DNA of 51,274 bases, the filler included, from Streblomastix strix (lineage: Eukaryota), in assembly GCA_008636045.1 (NCBI GenBank). It is 3 parts of 3 records of this genome, joined end to end, with 100 filler letters (N's around TTAATTAATTAA, not from the genome) between each part and the next. Parts side by side here need not be neighbours in the genome. Positions count along the whole stretch, not along the records: positions 1 to 17,031 come from SNRW01000736.1; positions 17,132 to 34,155 come from SNRW01000737.1; 1 more part is not named here. One strand, given 5' to 3'. Below the pieces are notes generated by a model that saw only the letters and a program-made list of their open reading frames with translations, had not been told where the DNA came from and did not search any database. This document shows positions 13,499 to 26,496 of the stretch, one piece after another. Made by a program: the position numbers and the translations under genes. Position 1 is the stretch's first letter; every line of letters begins with the position of its first letter.

Positions 13499-16400
13499 TC
13501 ATTGAATCAAACATTTTTCCTCTTTTCCTTATTCATCATCTTATTCCTCAGTATCCAATAATTCATGTCCAATAATCTGCTTAATTAATTCAGCTACTTA
13601 TTATGCTTTCTATTTAATCTGCTATTTCTATTCTTAATCCAACTTATCACTACAAGATTCACTCAACTCATTCAAATATTCATCATTGGTCATCTTCTTA
13701 ACTTTCTTCTTAACTCCAATTGATATTCTCTTCTAATTCTAATCTGATCCATTCTTGAGAATAAGATGAACTATTTGAAGCTTCTTATATGTATCTTCTT
13801 CTTCAATGAATATCTTCTTCTCATAATCATCTGATAGAATGAAATCATGGTTGGCTTGATAAAAATTAAATAAATAAAATAATAAATGAATTTATTAATA
13901 AATAATAAATGAATTAATTAATAAATATTGATTTCATACCTGGACATTCAGCCAAATAGATCAGATCATCAACATCATTATTCTTCTTAATCCTCTATAC
14001 AATACTATTCCCAATATCAGGAGGAATTGGAGATGCTTTGAATAATGATCCAAAAGTATATTCAATGAAATTATCTGTATTATCTTCCCTATATAAATGA
14101 ATCAGTTTATTCACTATTCCTTCATCACTCAATAATTTCAGATATGGATGTTATTATCCTTCTTTCAATTCATAAACTGTAGATGTTACAATGTGCATTA
14201 TAATCTCTTTTGATTAATATTATACTTTCTAATCTGTTGTATCAATCATCTTATTCATGATCTATATAACTCCTTTATTGAACAATTAATGCATCTATTC
14301 ACTTGGTATTGATGAAGACAATTAATCAAGTATCGAGAGATATGAATGTCTGATTTTATTTAATGGTATTGTTTTGAGATGATTGAAATATAGATCAATA
14401 AAATCTGTTTCTAATACCAATCTACTCCCTTCAATATATCTACCTACTAATTATTATACTATATCTCCTATAATAATAACTTTTCCTTCTATTTCTTTGT
14501 CTAATTCTTTCCCCAATGCTGTTTGTAGCTCATTCTTCAATATATCAACTAATCCAGCTTTGATTAATAGGATCTAAAACTCTTCATTTTTGTTTCTTAC
14601 TGATCTTTTGATCCTCATAAGCATATCCATCACTTATGGATATGAGAAAGTAGATTCAAGTATCTTAGCTTCATTTCCATGCAATTCATCTATTTTCAGT
14701 TTGTTGATCTGTTCTTTTGATATTTCTCTTCTAATTAACTTCTTTGCAATGACAGTACCATATATGTAGATAAGTTAAAGTGTCCCAAGTAAATTGGAGA
14801 TTATTGAGTTGTTGACTTTAATTCCTTCTGATTACATTCTGAAGATATAGATTGAATAAATTGAATATATAGAATTAAAGTGAGTTACATTGTAAATCAT
14901 TAATAAAATAGATAAATTAATATATTTATTATATTCATTTTCTAATACTTGAAGAACTCAAGAGATGTTTCAATGAAATCTTGTGCAACAATCGCTTCAT
15001 GATTATCTTTATTAAATAGAATTAAATAAATGTAATATTGTTATTTAATATTAATAAATAAATTTACATTACTAATTTTATTAACAATTAATATCTACAC
15101 CTTTGTTTACAGCCAGATATGATATTGATGCAATTGCATATCTTTTATTTTCATTGATCTGCTCTTTAATCTTTTCTTCATCTTTTTCTTCTTATTTCTC
15201 CTTTTGATTATCTTATTCTCCAGTCTTTGCAATATCACACAACTAAGATATGATTTAATTCTGTTATTCTGGAGGAATCTTAGCTCCTTCAGCATATACC
15301 ATGTTCAGTACTTCAGAAGCTGCAAGTTTATTCTGAATGTCAACTTTCTGATCCAGAAGTGTGTAATCAATAATATTCTGAATGATTCCTGATTTATCCA
15401 GAGTTCTCAGATATGGATGTGGAAGGAGGAGAAGTTGTTGAAGATTGGTTGGAAGATTAGCAAATGATTATGAAGATGATGAAAAAGAAGATTATTATTG
15501 TTATTGTTATTGTTATTATTACTATGAATATAATGATGATTATTTCCATCCTTTAGTAATTATGAAAAGTATTATTCCAAGAATCTAATACACTTAATGC
15601 TTGTTATTCTACTATATTGCAGGAATAAATGCTTGTATTGTCCCCATATCAAATAACTTCTCTGATTCTTGAGCTGATACATTCTGAACAACTTCACTCA
15701 TAACTTCTATTAATTTACTTGATTGTTGATCTATTGGGGTTCGTCTTACTAAATCAACTATCTCAACAATTACACCAGAAGGAATAACTTATTCAACTAC
15801 TGCTGCTGATTTCTCTGTTGGAATAATCTATTTTTATTCAATTATGCATTATATTACCATATGAATAATATTATCAGTTATTTCTTTATTAATAGTTCTC
15901 ATCTCAGATGTAATTCTATCTTGTTATTTTTCAATTGATCTCACTGAATGTAACGCATTGAATAGTTTCATCATCAGATCTTGTGTTACTTTATTTGAAT
16001 CTTTAAGCGACAATATTTCTGATTAAATTCCTTTAATATCATTTAGTGTTATTAATTTAGGTGCAGTTAAAACAGTATCTTTATTTTCTTGCTCAATAAT
16101 TTATTCTTTTTCTTTCTCTATCTCTTCGAATATTGTGATATTCTTCTTAATCAAACTATTTCTCATCAGATCTTCTGCAGATGGACGTTTATGATAGTCC
16201 TTTAGAAATGAAAATGGATAATATAAATAATAATTAAATTAAATAATTAAATTAAATTAAATAATTAAATTAAATTAAATAATTAAATTAAATTAATTAT
16301 TATATTAATGAACAATTATAAATAGTTAAACTAAGATAAATAATGCTCATACAACATTCATCATATTTGAAACTAATTTCTTCAATTGAGTCGGAATCCA

Positions 16401-16936
16401 TTCAGGTAATGTCTTTGCAATTCCTTTGGTGATATTTTCAATCGTTTCTTATTCATTTCCAGTATAAAATGGATGTGTTCCAGTTAAACACTCAAAAATA
16501 ACAATTCCAAGAGCATAGATATCTGTTTCAGGATACATTCTACAATTGATATTTATAAACAATATAATTAGTTATATTAAATATAAATTGAATGTATAAT
16601 TAATCTATACTTTCCTTCCATATAAACTTCTGATGCTAAATAGAATCTGTTATAATTCATATATAAAATAAAATAATGAAAACAAGCATAATAATTAATA
16701 AAATTATAAATAATAATAAATATTAAACAATTCAAATCTTAATATAAATATCAAACTTCGTTCCTTCGGCTTTCGCATAATAATCTTTTCCAGATAAATC
16801 TTTAGCAAGACCAAAATCACCTGAATAATAAGAATATATCAATAAGAATAATATTATATTATATGGTTAATAGATTATTATTTATTTATATACCAAGTCG
16901 AGCTGTTCCATCTTCCATAATAAAGATATTCTCTGG
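13499..16936 (-). CDS. NEK-like Ser/Thr kinase fused to long helical (ARM-like) repeats, 5'-truncated at contig end
   Basis: Spliced translation PENIF...GDFGLAK...EGTKFYLASE...TDIYALG...HPF...KRPSA, followed by two HPYL..L...G repeat units. TGA at 13499-13501. Confidence 0.85.
16231..16297. repeat. (AATTA)n-type intronic microsatellite
   Basis: Imperfect tandem pentamer in a kinase intron. Confidence 0.85.
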
Positions 16937-17031
16937 TGTAATTGTTGAGATAGTTGATTTAGTAAGACGAACCCCAATAGATCAACAATCAAGTAAATAA
17001 ATAGAAGTTATGAGTGAAGTTGTTCAGAATG

Positions 17032-17130
17032 NNNNNNNNNNNNNNNNNNNNNNNNNNNNNNNNNNNNNNNNNNNNTTAATTAATTAANNNNNNNNNNNNN
17101 NNNNNNNNNNNNNNNNNNNNNNNNNNNNNN
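17032..17130. other. Artificial contig linker (N-run / TTAATTAATTAA / N-run)
   Basis: N-runs flank the six-frame-stop spacer at 17076-17087. Confidence 0.97.
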
Positions 17131-17192
17131 NATATCAACATAATGTATAAAATTGTTAATATTATGTATTTATGCATATTTATATATATTAG

Positions 17193-19547
17193 GACAAGAA
17201 TATGGTGTCCTTATAGTCCGGCGAAGAATTTATCTAGTACAAATGCGAAGATGGTAAAATATTTAAAGGGATATTATTAGAAAAAAAGTATATCATTGCT
17301 TTTTATTTACCATAAGAAAAGAAAATCTCTTAAATTATAGGCTACATATCAATAGTTTAATTGAATGTCCAAATGGGCTTTTTTTTAAAATGTTCTTTAA
17401 GAAAGGATAATTTGAGGAATATGGTATGATTTAGCTTTATTAAATTGTTACTCGCATTATTTTCTATCGTCTCTTATAATTTAATTTCTAATTATTTACC
17501 TCTTTCATACTTAGTTAAGGTGTACGACGTAAGAAAAGGCATAAATTATTAACTTTTTGGAAATAAAGGAAAATTTGAAGGAGATGGAGTGTTAAATCTT
17601 GCTGAAGGTTGTTTTTTTAATGGAAGCTGGAATTATAATTTCAATTAGAGTTATGGTAGCATCGAATGTTCTAATAAGCCACTATATGAAGGACAATTTG
17701 TTAATGGTATTCCATAAGGTCGAGGAATTTTATTTCTTGATGATGGCAATGTGAAACTGGAAGGTAAATGGTTACCTTAATTGAGAGGATATGGTAAAAT
17801 AAGCATAGTAGTGAAGAATGATTCAAAGAATGTCTAAAATGAACCATAAGTATTATTTGATAATATCATTTGGAAAATAACAAAAAGTGGTAAGATTTAT
17901 ATTTTGAAATAATCTAATAGCAATAAGGAAGAATTTAAATAGAAGGAAGAATAAGAAATATTGAATCCAGTTGATGAATAATAAAGTTATAATTTATAAT
18001 CTGATACATAAGAATTTCACGAACATGATAATAATTCAGAATAGAATCAAGAAGAAGCTCAGAAAGTTTAGGGTATTCATGAAAGTGAAAAATTAGCATC
18101 TGTCCAACCATCCACAGATTCATAAATTTAAGATTAAATGCAATAATAAGATATCCGTGTTGATGCAGAAAGAAATGATAATATTAAAGTTGAATAAGAG
18201 GGAAGAGGTCTAATAGTTGTTAAACCAGCTCAACAAGTAGGATAAATAATTGCATAGAATGAAAATTATCTTGAAACATTATAAGAAGTAGAAGATGATG
18301 ATTTAGAGCTGGAAAGTGAATATAGTTATATGACAAGTATAGTAAAGAGTGTTGATAATGGAATAATATAAAACGATGCTGTTGAAATAGCTGGAAACAA
18401 AGAAAATTTGGAGTCTGAAGATAATGAAAACAAAGAAATAATTACTTTAGATACAGAATAGAAACAAAATATTTACAGTATGTAATAATTTTGTATTTAT
18501 TAAAATTTATAATCATATTATTAATATATATACCTATTTATACTTATTATAATATATATTAGAATCATGTGACTATCCAATTCCTGAAGACTTGTAGATA
18601 TTAAATGATGATAGTTTAGAAGGTGGACAATTACTTGGAGAAGGAGGATGTGGTAAAGTATTCAGTGGATGGTATTATGGATCAAGAGTTGCTTGGAAGG
18701 AGTTTGATATCACAGAGGGATACTAAAGTAAAGAATAAATAAAGGCATTTAAGAGAGAAGTGAATATGATGAATCTACTTCGACATCCAAATATAGTGAA
18801 GATCTTTGGATATACTTGTGAACCAACATACAGAATTGTGATGGAATATGCATCTCATGGAACTTTAGAAGATTTGTTGGTATAAAGAGGAAATAATTCA
18901 AAGAGGCCGCTTTAATTTGAAGATAAAATATCAATTGCTTAGTAAATATCTGCTGGAATGAATTATCTTCATGCAAAAAAAATTATACACAAAGATTTGA
19001 AAGTGCAGAACATATTGGTATGTCTTGTTAGCTTTTTTATAGCAGATATCTATATATGTTATTTATTATATTCATTTGTACGATTATATAAATGCAGGTA
19101 TTCAGTGATGATGAAAACAATGGAATATTGTGTAAAATCACAGATTTCGGCATCTCCAAGAAGCACCAACTTGATCAAACAGCAGTCACTAGAGATCGTA
19201 CTCCAAGATACGCGGCCCCAGAATTATCAGTCTCGTTGAAAGTTGGTCCATCAGTAGATGCTTATAGTTTTGGATTGATAATGTGGGAACTATTAACTGG
19301 GGAAGAAGTTTTCCATGAGTATACTCAACAAGGGATAGAAAAGGCTGTTAGATTTGGGGAGAGACCATAGGTCCCAGTTATTGACTAATCACTTAATAGA
19401 GATATGAAGCTTATTTTGGTTGAATATCAAAACCTTATGCAATCCTGTTGGTCACAAGATCCTCGACTGCGACCAAGCTTCAAACTTATTTTCGTGATCC
19501 TGTCTGAACTCCAAGAAAAAATAAGTAATTTGAAGAAGAAGATCTGA
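17193..19547 (+). CDS. MORN-repeat + tyrosine-kinase-like (TKL) protein kinase, 5'-partial
   Basis: MORN-like YEGQFVNGIPQGRG and FEGDG...FNGSW, then an acidic linker. Kinase motifs GEGGCGKV, VAWK, HPNIV, HKDLKVQN, DFG, YAAPE, DAYSFG..MWE, CW..DP..RPSF. TGA 19545-19547. Confidence 0.9.
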
Positions 19548-20038
19548 AAGTTTGAGTAGATGAACTAGGATCGAAGAGTTTTACCTTCGCTATTGAATTT
19601 TGAGAACATAATTCCATGGCAGACACACGAATTTCAGTCTCAACATGTTATTTGAATACTTCTTTCTTAATTTCACATTTCCACGTTATGCAACGTGATG
19701 ATTATTGTCATACACTTTTTGCTACATTTCACACGAATACACAAGAGAAAGTATCATATATACATGATTTCCCGAAAAAAACGACAGTAATATTTTTCTA
19801 TCTTTATTAACACTTTCGCGCTTTTCTATTTTAAAGTTTTGTATTTCTCCATATTTTTTTGATATATAAATTTATAATAAAACAAAATTTATTAAAATAT
19901 TAATATTTTGTACAACGGCCATATTTTTTATTCTCCTATTAAAATAAATTTATTTTATTAATTGTTTTAACTTAAATCCGCTTTTAAAAACTTTTTATTT
20001 TTTTTTAATTTGTATAATTTCAGATTATTAAATATATA

Positions 20039-21868
20039 ATGTCAAGAAACACAAAAACTATACTTCGAAATCTCATTGTAATTATTGATCAGTCGGAAAA
20101 GATGAAACAGAACGATTATAATCCAAGTAGAAATGCAATGGTTAGATCATCGCTCATATAATTTATAGGGAAATTCTTTGATTAGAATCCTCTTTCACGA
20201 ATGGGACTTGTAATGATGAAAAAAGGAAAAGCTGCAATTGTTTCAGATCTTAATGGTAATGAATTTGTTTTCTGTTATTCTTTACATATATACTTCTTAT
20301 ATTTTAATATTTACCTTATTACATGTATTAGGAAATGCAGATGAATTGAAATCATTTATTACTCGTTAAGAAGAAGAATGCAAAGGCGAAGTTTCAGTCT
20401 AACATGGACTTACTATTGCAATTACTTGTCTTCGATTTGCACCAACTTTTGGAAGCAGAGAAATATTGCTAATTTTTGGAAGCGGACGAACATTTGATTC
20501 ATCGGACATGTAGAAAACAATAAAAGATCTATAATTAAACAAGGTGAATAGAAATTTAATTACTAGAAATATTATTTTAATTGCAATTCAACATTTATTA
20601 AATATATTTTTTATTTTTAATTTATTAATTGAAGATCAAAGTATCTGTTATATCTCTTGGATCTGAACTTCATATTCTTGCAATGCTTGCGAGAGAGACT
20701 GGAGGAGTTCATTTTGTTCCATTAGACGAAAAGCACTTATAAGAAATATTCTAACAATAAATTGCAATAAAATCATTTTCATCAGACAGAAAAGTCAATG
20801 AAATTACAAAGAAGAAATAATTAATATTTGAATAACATTCATTATCATCTTCATCATCAACAGAATTAATATCATCAGAATTATCAAATCCAATAAAAGA
20901 AAGAATACCAACTCATGCATCCCTCATTCCAATGGGATTTCCTTCTGCACTTTCACCAGAATACGCAAAACTCATTCAATATTCTCCACTCTCTCCAATA
21001 TCAAGGAATATACACACATATAATGTATCATAATAAATATACCAATGTCCAAGATGTTTATGTCTAAGCAGTTAGACTCTACCATATGACTGTCCCTCAT
21101 GTAAACTCTTTCTTCTAAGTGCTCCATATCTAGCTCGTAGTACTCATCATTTATTCCCTGTTCCATAATTCATTTTGAGATAATAACAAAGTAATGAAGA
21201 TAAAATTGATGAATAAATAGGAAAAGAAAAAGAGAAGGAAAAAGAGAAAGATAAGGATAAAGGAAAAATTAAAATTAAATTGAAAGCTAAAATTAAAGAT
21301 AAAGATAAAGAAATAATTACAAAGAAAGAAATGGAAAAAGATGATGATTAATAATACCAAATTACAAAAAATATTAATAAAAATGATTCTTTGATGGTTA
21401 AAGATCAAGAATAAAATGAAGATAACTTCTTATTTTAATAACATATTCAAAATTAGATTTAAAATTATAATAGCATTTCAAATGAAATTGGAGAATAATG
21501 GATGAATTTAAGATAAAATAGGTATTGTAATTATTTATTCATTTATTAAATTAATATAATTTATTATATAATCATTATCTATTATTCATTTATTTATTCA
21601 GATGTGTTGGATGCAATTGTATTCTCTATTCAAAAGCACCTTCATTTTAATGCACTTCTTGTTCAAGTGTATTCTGTGATAAATGTGATAAATTTATTCA
21701 TAGTTTGGTTATTTTTGAAACAATCAGATTTTGTTTCCATTTTATTAGTTAATTTTTCACTCGAAATCTTTTTATTTATATTAATATTTATGAACAGATT
21801 CTCTTCACAATTGTCCATCATGTGAAGTAATGAAGATGAAAGTATCACAATCGAGTATTTCTTTCTGA
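20039..21868 (+). CDS. GTF2H2: TFIIH subunit p44 / Ssl1
   Basis: vWA domain ILRNLIVIIDQS..M...DYNPSR, FFDQNPLS, SREILLIFGS; LIPMGFP; YQCPRC..LPYDCPSC..APYLARSTHHLFP; C-terminal CDKCDKFIHNSLHNCPSC. Four introns. Confidence 0.93.
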
Positions 21869-22214
21869 AATTATAATTAAATAATTTTAATATAAATATT
21901 TTTGAATTTGATAATTTCAATACAATTTAATTAATGAAAATATATTGAAGATTCTTATATATGTATTAAGTAACATAATTAACTAATTATAACTTAACAC
22001 ACAATAAAAAATATTAATTTGTAAAATATAGAAAGATTAAATCTAATAGTGTTTAATTTGAATGAATTTGAGGATTATTAACAGATGAAAAATAAGATGT
22101 AATATGTGTATGCAAAGTTTGTGAAATGAGTCATATTAAACAATTAGTGAAATGAAATGATAACATTGAAATGTATTACTTCCTTCTGATCCCATATTTC
22201 ATACTCAGTAATGT

Positions 22215-23442
22215 TCAGTAATGAAACTTCCCTTTAGCACCAGATCCACGACCATATCTCAATTCACCTGGACTTGGACCTTAAGGACCGGCCCCACCTT
22301 AGAGAGTTGGATCAGTCTATTCAAAGAAAGAAGACTATGAAGATTGTCTTTCGAAGTATCCAGGAGGTGGGAGCACTCTTCCTGTTGATGATGATCTCAT
22401 TGTGGAGGAATTTGCCATCAAATCTCCCAATGTTTGTCGTTTAGACCCGCGAAGTGTAGATGCAAGGTCCCCGTCCCATCCAGATTATTGCCAGTTTCCA
22501 ACTCCTCCAGAAACGAAGCTATTCTTACTTTATTATGCCGATGCATTTTATTTGGGAACACTAACTCTTTGTTTTGGAATCGATTTCTATTATACAGTCT
22601 TTGGTTTGGTATATATTTATGGTCCAGCTTTCTTGGATGAAGAATATGATGTTTATGGAGCTGCAGCTCTTGGAATATATTCTTCATCATCTGCAAATAG
22701 ATCATCAACTGTGCGTTAATGCTATTCAAAAAAATTGTCTCTTATATTATTAAAGTCGCTAAAAATGTCTTCATCTTCAACGAACCATCCACCAGGTCCC
22801 ACTTTTCGACCTGCCCAGGGACTCTTCTTATTTCTAAACTCAAGACTTGGGGAAATATCACTCCAAGACGATTGTCTTTTAAATTCATATGGAATTTCAT
22901 ATTTCTTTCCTGATTGTGTGGCATTTTCAAACATTGATTCAGCTCTAAATTTCTCTTATTCCATCGTACGCCTCATATTATTCATAAAGTCTGCCAGAGA
23001 ATACTAAGTTTTTATTCGTTACTGATTTAGAGCTGAATGTGTTGTTTGTGCTGCAATTTCCTGTTTCCTTCTCTCCTCTTCTCTTTTCTTAGTCTCAAGG
23101 TCTCATGCAGCAGCTGCAACAGCATCTGATTTCCTTTTTGCTTCTTATTCTTTTCTTTTTTTGGCTTTCTCTTCTTCTGTTGGGTTAGCTTTGTTGTATT
23201 CAGCTTTTTATTTCTCATCAGTAAGAGTTTCATACGCTTTTTAGATTAATTTGAAGTTCTCCGTAGCAAGTTCTATTTTATCCTAATTCTTATCTATCAA
23301 AAAAAATTATATTTACCAAACAATCAAGTGAGTTAAAACCTGGGTGCCACAATTTTGCCAAACGAAGATAGGATTTATGGATTTCATCACCATCTGAATT
23401 TCTAGAAACTTCTAAAATTTAATAATAATCCTTTCCTTACAT
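22215..23442 (-). CDS. DnaJ (Hsp40 type C) protein with one in-frame TGA
   Basis: J-domain DYYQILEV...IHKSYLRLAKLWHP|DKN...FKLIQKAYETLTD, with the HPD motif split by an intron. In-frame TGA at 23103-23105, then the frame stays open to TGA 22215-22217. Confidence 0.85.
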
Positions 23443-24149
23443 CTCAGAAAAAAAAATTAAATAAAAAAATAAAAAATGTTCGTATAATTTTAATGCGTTT
23501 TTAATGTTAAATCCAATTCACAAACCAAAAAACATGGCAAAAAATAGTTTTATATTTTTGTTTATTAAATAAATATTAAGTTTATGTTAGTGTAGATGTA
23601 AAAAACCAAAAAAAAAGCGAATTTCATTGTCCGCACATGTTCATATTATAAAACACATATAAATTATATAATATAAATAGGGTATGATTAAATATTATAT
23701 ATTTCAAAATAAATGCCCTGTTACTGTTGAACTAAAACCCAAAATTATTCGTCCAACTTTCTCGCTGTTAAGCATTTAAACAAGTACTGGAATAAATAAT
23801 TTAACTTCGATAACAATTTATTTTCATTTATCTATATATAGAAAATATATATGGAGCTTATTTAACTATATTCTTTTAAAACTTTGTTTTTTCGTTGTAC
23901 AATTTTTAATTATAGCTTAAGTGCATTATTTTAACATGATAATAATTTTCTGTAATATTTTATTTTATTAATATTTATATTAAACTTGCAACTAGCTCAT
24001 GGACAAACAATTTGACATTTCTTTAATCCTCAAAGCTTTCCAACTTATTTAACATATAAATCAACCATAAATATATTTTTCTTATTCAAATACTGTTTAT
24101 CTGTATGCTATATCTTATAATTTTCTTTATCAATTTTGAATAAAGTCGA

Positions 24150-26387
24150 ATGGAAGGAGAGTAAGTTTCTGATTTCCAGGACCTTATCAGTACAGTGCAA
24201 GATAGTTTTGAAGGATAGATTGCTTATCTTCGAAAAGAGAATGAATAACTGAAGTTATAATTAGATCAGTCTAAGAATGAGTAGAAATAACTATTAAATG
24301 ACTATGAAGAAGAAAAAAGGAAAAGAATTTAGTCTGAAAATTAATTATTGTAGGAGAGAGAAGAGTGGAAAAGATAGATTGATTAATAAAATAGTGAAAA
24401 ATAGGATTTAATACAATAAAATCAAAATATTAATATTAATTAATCCAATAATGAATTGACTTAACCATCAGCATTATTTTAATAGAAAGATGTAAGACAA
24501 ATATTTGATGCTCTTGAATCCGAGAAACGTAAAAGATTGTAAGTAGAAACAGAGTTAAATAAAGAAAAGAGATAAAATTGGGAAGAGTAAGAAAGGAATA
24601 AGACAAAAATAGAAAGATATGAGTCAGAGATAAAGAAGTTAAGAAATAGAGATATACGTAAGACTGAAATGACAGAAATAGAAAAAGAACGTGATGCATC
24701 TCGTTCATCTGAGATTGAAGCTATGAAAATGAAAGTATTATAAGCATAGGATGAAGTAAGAGAATCATCTAAGAGACAGAGAGGTGTAGAAATGGATTTG
24801 AATTATATTACATCTGCAACATACAAATTAAGAGAACTAATTGTTAATACAATTACTAATGAGAATAGAATATCTTCTTCTTCTTCTTCATCATCATCTC
24901 TAGATATAACATAAAGATCTTAATCATAATAATAGATATTATCATCATCTGGATATTCAGATACACCAAAATGGATGCTCCCAACATCTTAGCTTCCTCA
25001 GATTCCATAACATTCATAATCAGTCAAAGACACAATTCCTGGTTAAATGTAATAATCTCCTTCATTATTCATATAATAACTTACATCTAATACAAGTCTT
25101 ATAGACCATTCAATTAAACCACACACTTCACCTCTTCATTCATTATAATAACCTTAATATTCACTTACTCTTATTAACTAGAAATCAAATTAATCTCCTC
25201 CAAGATCACCAAGTAGAATATCATAGATGCCTCCAATAGGGAATATACAGACATTATCCACTAATACTCCATTATTGGTGGTTCCTACAGTTACTGCATT
25301 TGAAAAGTCACTTCGCGCTCTTATTTTGAGATACAAATAGGTTTCAGAATAGAACATTACTCTTAGATAGGACATGAGTATAATCACTTCATAATTAATA
25401 TAGAAATAAAGATTATTGGATAAACTTCGTATTAAATATGGTATTCATGATGAAGGAGGTGAACCTTAGTTTCCTAATACAAACTTAACCATAAATAATA
25501 CTTCTAATGATGCAGAAAAAACAAAGACTGAAGATGAATAGAAATAAAATTAATAATAATAAGAAGGAGAAGAATAAGAAACAATTCCATATAATTTAGA
25601 TCCAATTACAGCTAAACCATATTAAATACCTCCTCCAATTAGTGACTTTGCAAAGAGTATAGTTATTATTCAACCATCCCAATCAGAAGGAGAGAAAGAG
25701 AGTATATTATAAGAAGCCAGATTAAAAGAATAAGAATATAATAGATCCATTGAGATTGATATATTATAAGGGAGAGGTAAGGATAAAGATTGGTAGAGGG
25801 AGATTGATCGAAATAAAGAGAAGATTAAGTAAGAAAGACATGGATCATAATCTAATGAATTAATTCAAGCTAATACTAAACCTCCTTAGAGTTCTAATGC
25901 ACCTGCTTCTATTCCATTCACTTAATTATAGACACCATCAATTAAAGATAGATTGTCACATCATTCCCTTAATCCATAAGATCATATATAATAAACTGAA
26001 ATATCATCTCCATCTTCAAATATCACTAAATATCCTCCTGCAGTTCATCATTCAATTAGTCATTATAGTGCAATTAATCCCAGTAGTTCATTATCATCTA
26101 ATTAGAATATAAGGATGAATATTAATGATAGAATAGACTTTGAAAGAAGAGATGTTATTATTAATAAGTTTCTGAATACAGGACCAAGTATATATGGATC
26201 AAATAGAGATGGATATTCACTATTCTAATAACATAAGAGGGGAGATGATATGCCAATTCTTTCTTCAATTCCCAATCAAATTGGATTGAGCCCTGGTTAT
26301 GGGTAATCACTGTCATAATATTAATAAGCATCTGGATTATCATTTAATACGCAAAATAGATACTCATAGCAAAACAATTAAAATTGA
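24150..26387 (+). CDS. Single-exon coiled-coil / low-complexity hypothetical protein (745 aa)
   Basis: ATG 24150 to TGA 26385-26387, 2238 nt with no internal TGA under TAR=Gln. The N-terminal half is E/Q/K-rich and heptad-like. Confidence 0.85.
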
Positions 26388-26496
26388 CAATTATTTGACC
26401 GAAACGCTCTTTAACAATGTTAATTTATTATTACATTCATTTCAACAAGTGAAAATAAAATAAAATAAAATAAAAAATCAGAACGTTAATATTAAA

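Noticed and set aside
17076..17087. TTAATTAATTAA palindrome as a biological site (also 34200-34211)
   Set aside because: It is embedded in N-runs between three contigs of descending length (17031, 17025, 17019), so it is an artificial spacer. Synteny across it is meaningless.
22205..22223. Duplicated CATTACTGA around the DnaJ stop as a tandem backup stop
   Set aside because: The second TGA is out of frame by one base, so this is most simply a 10-bp microduplication.
22000..23105. Selenocysteine explanation for the in-frame TGAs
   Set aside because: The sites are not in redox motifs or known selenoprotein families, and I saw no SECIS-like hairpin downstream of the DnaJ gene.
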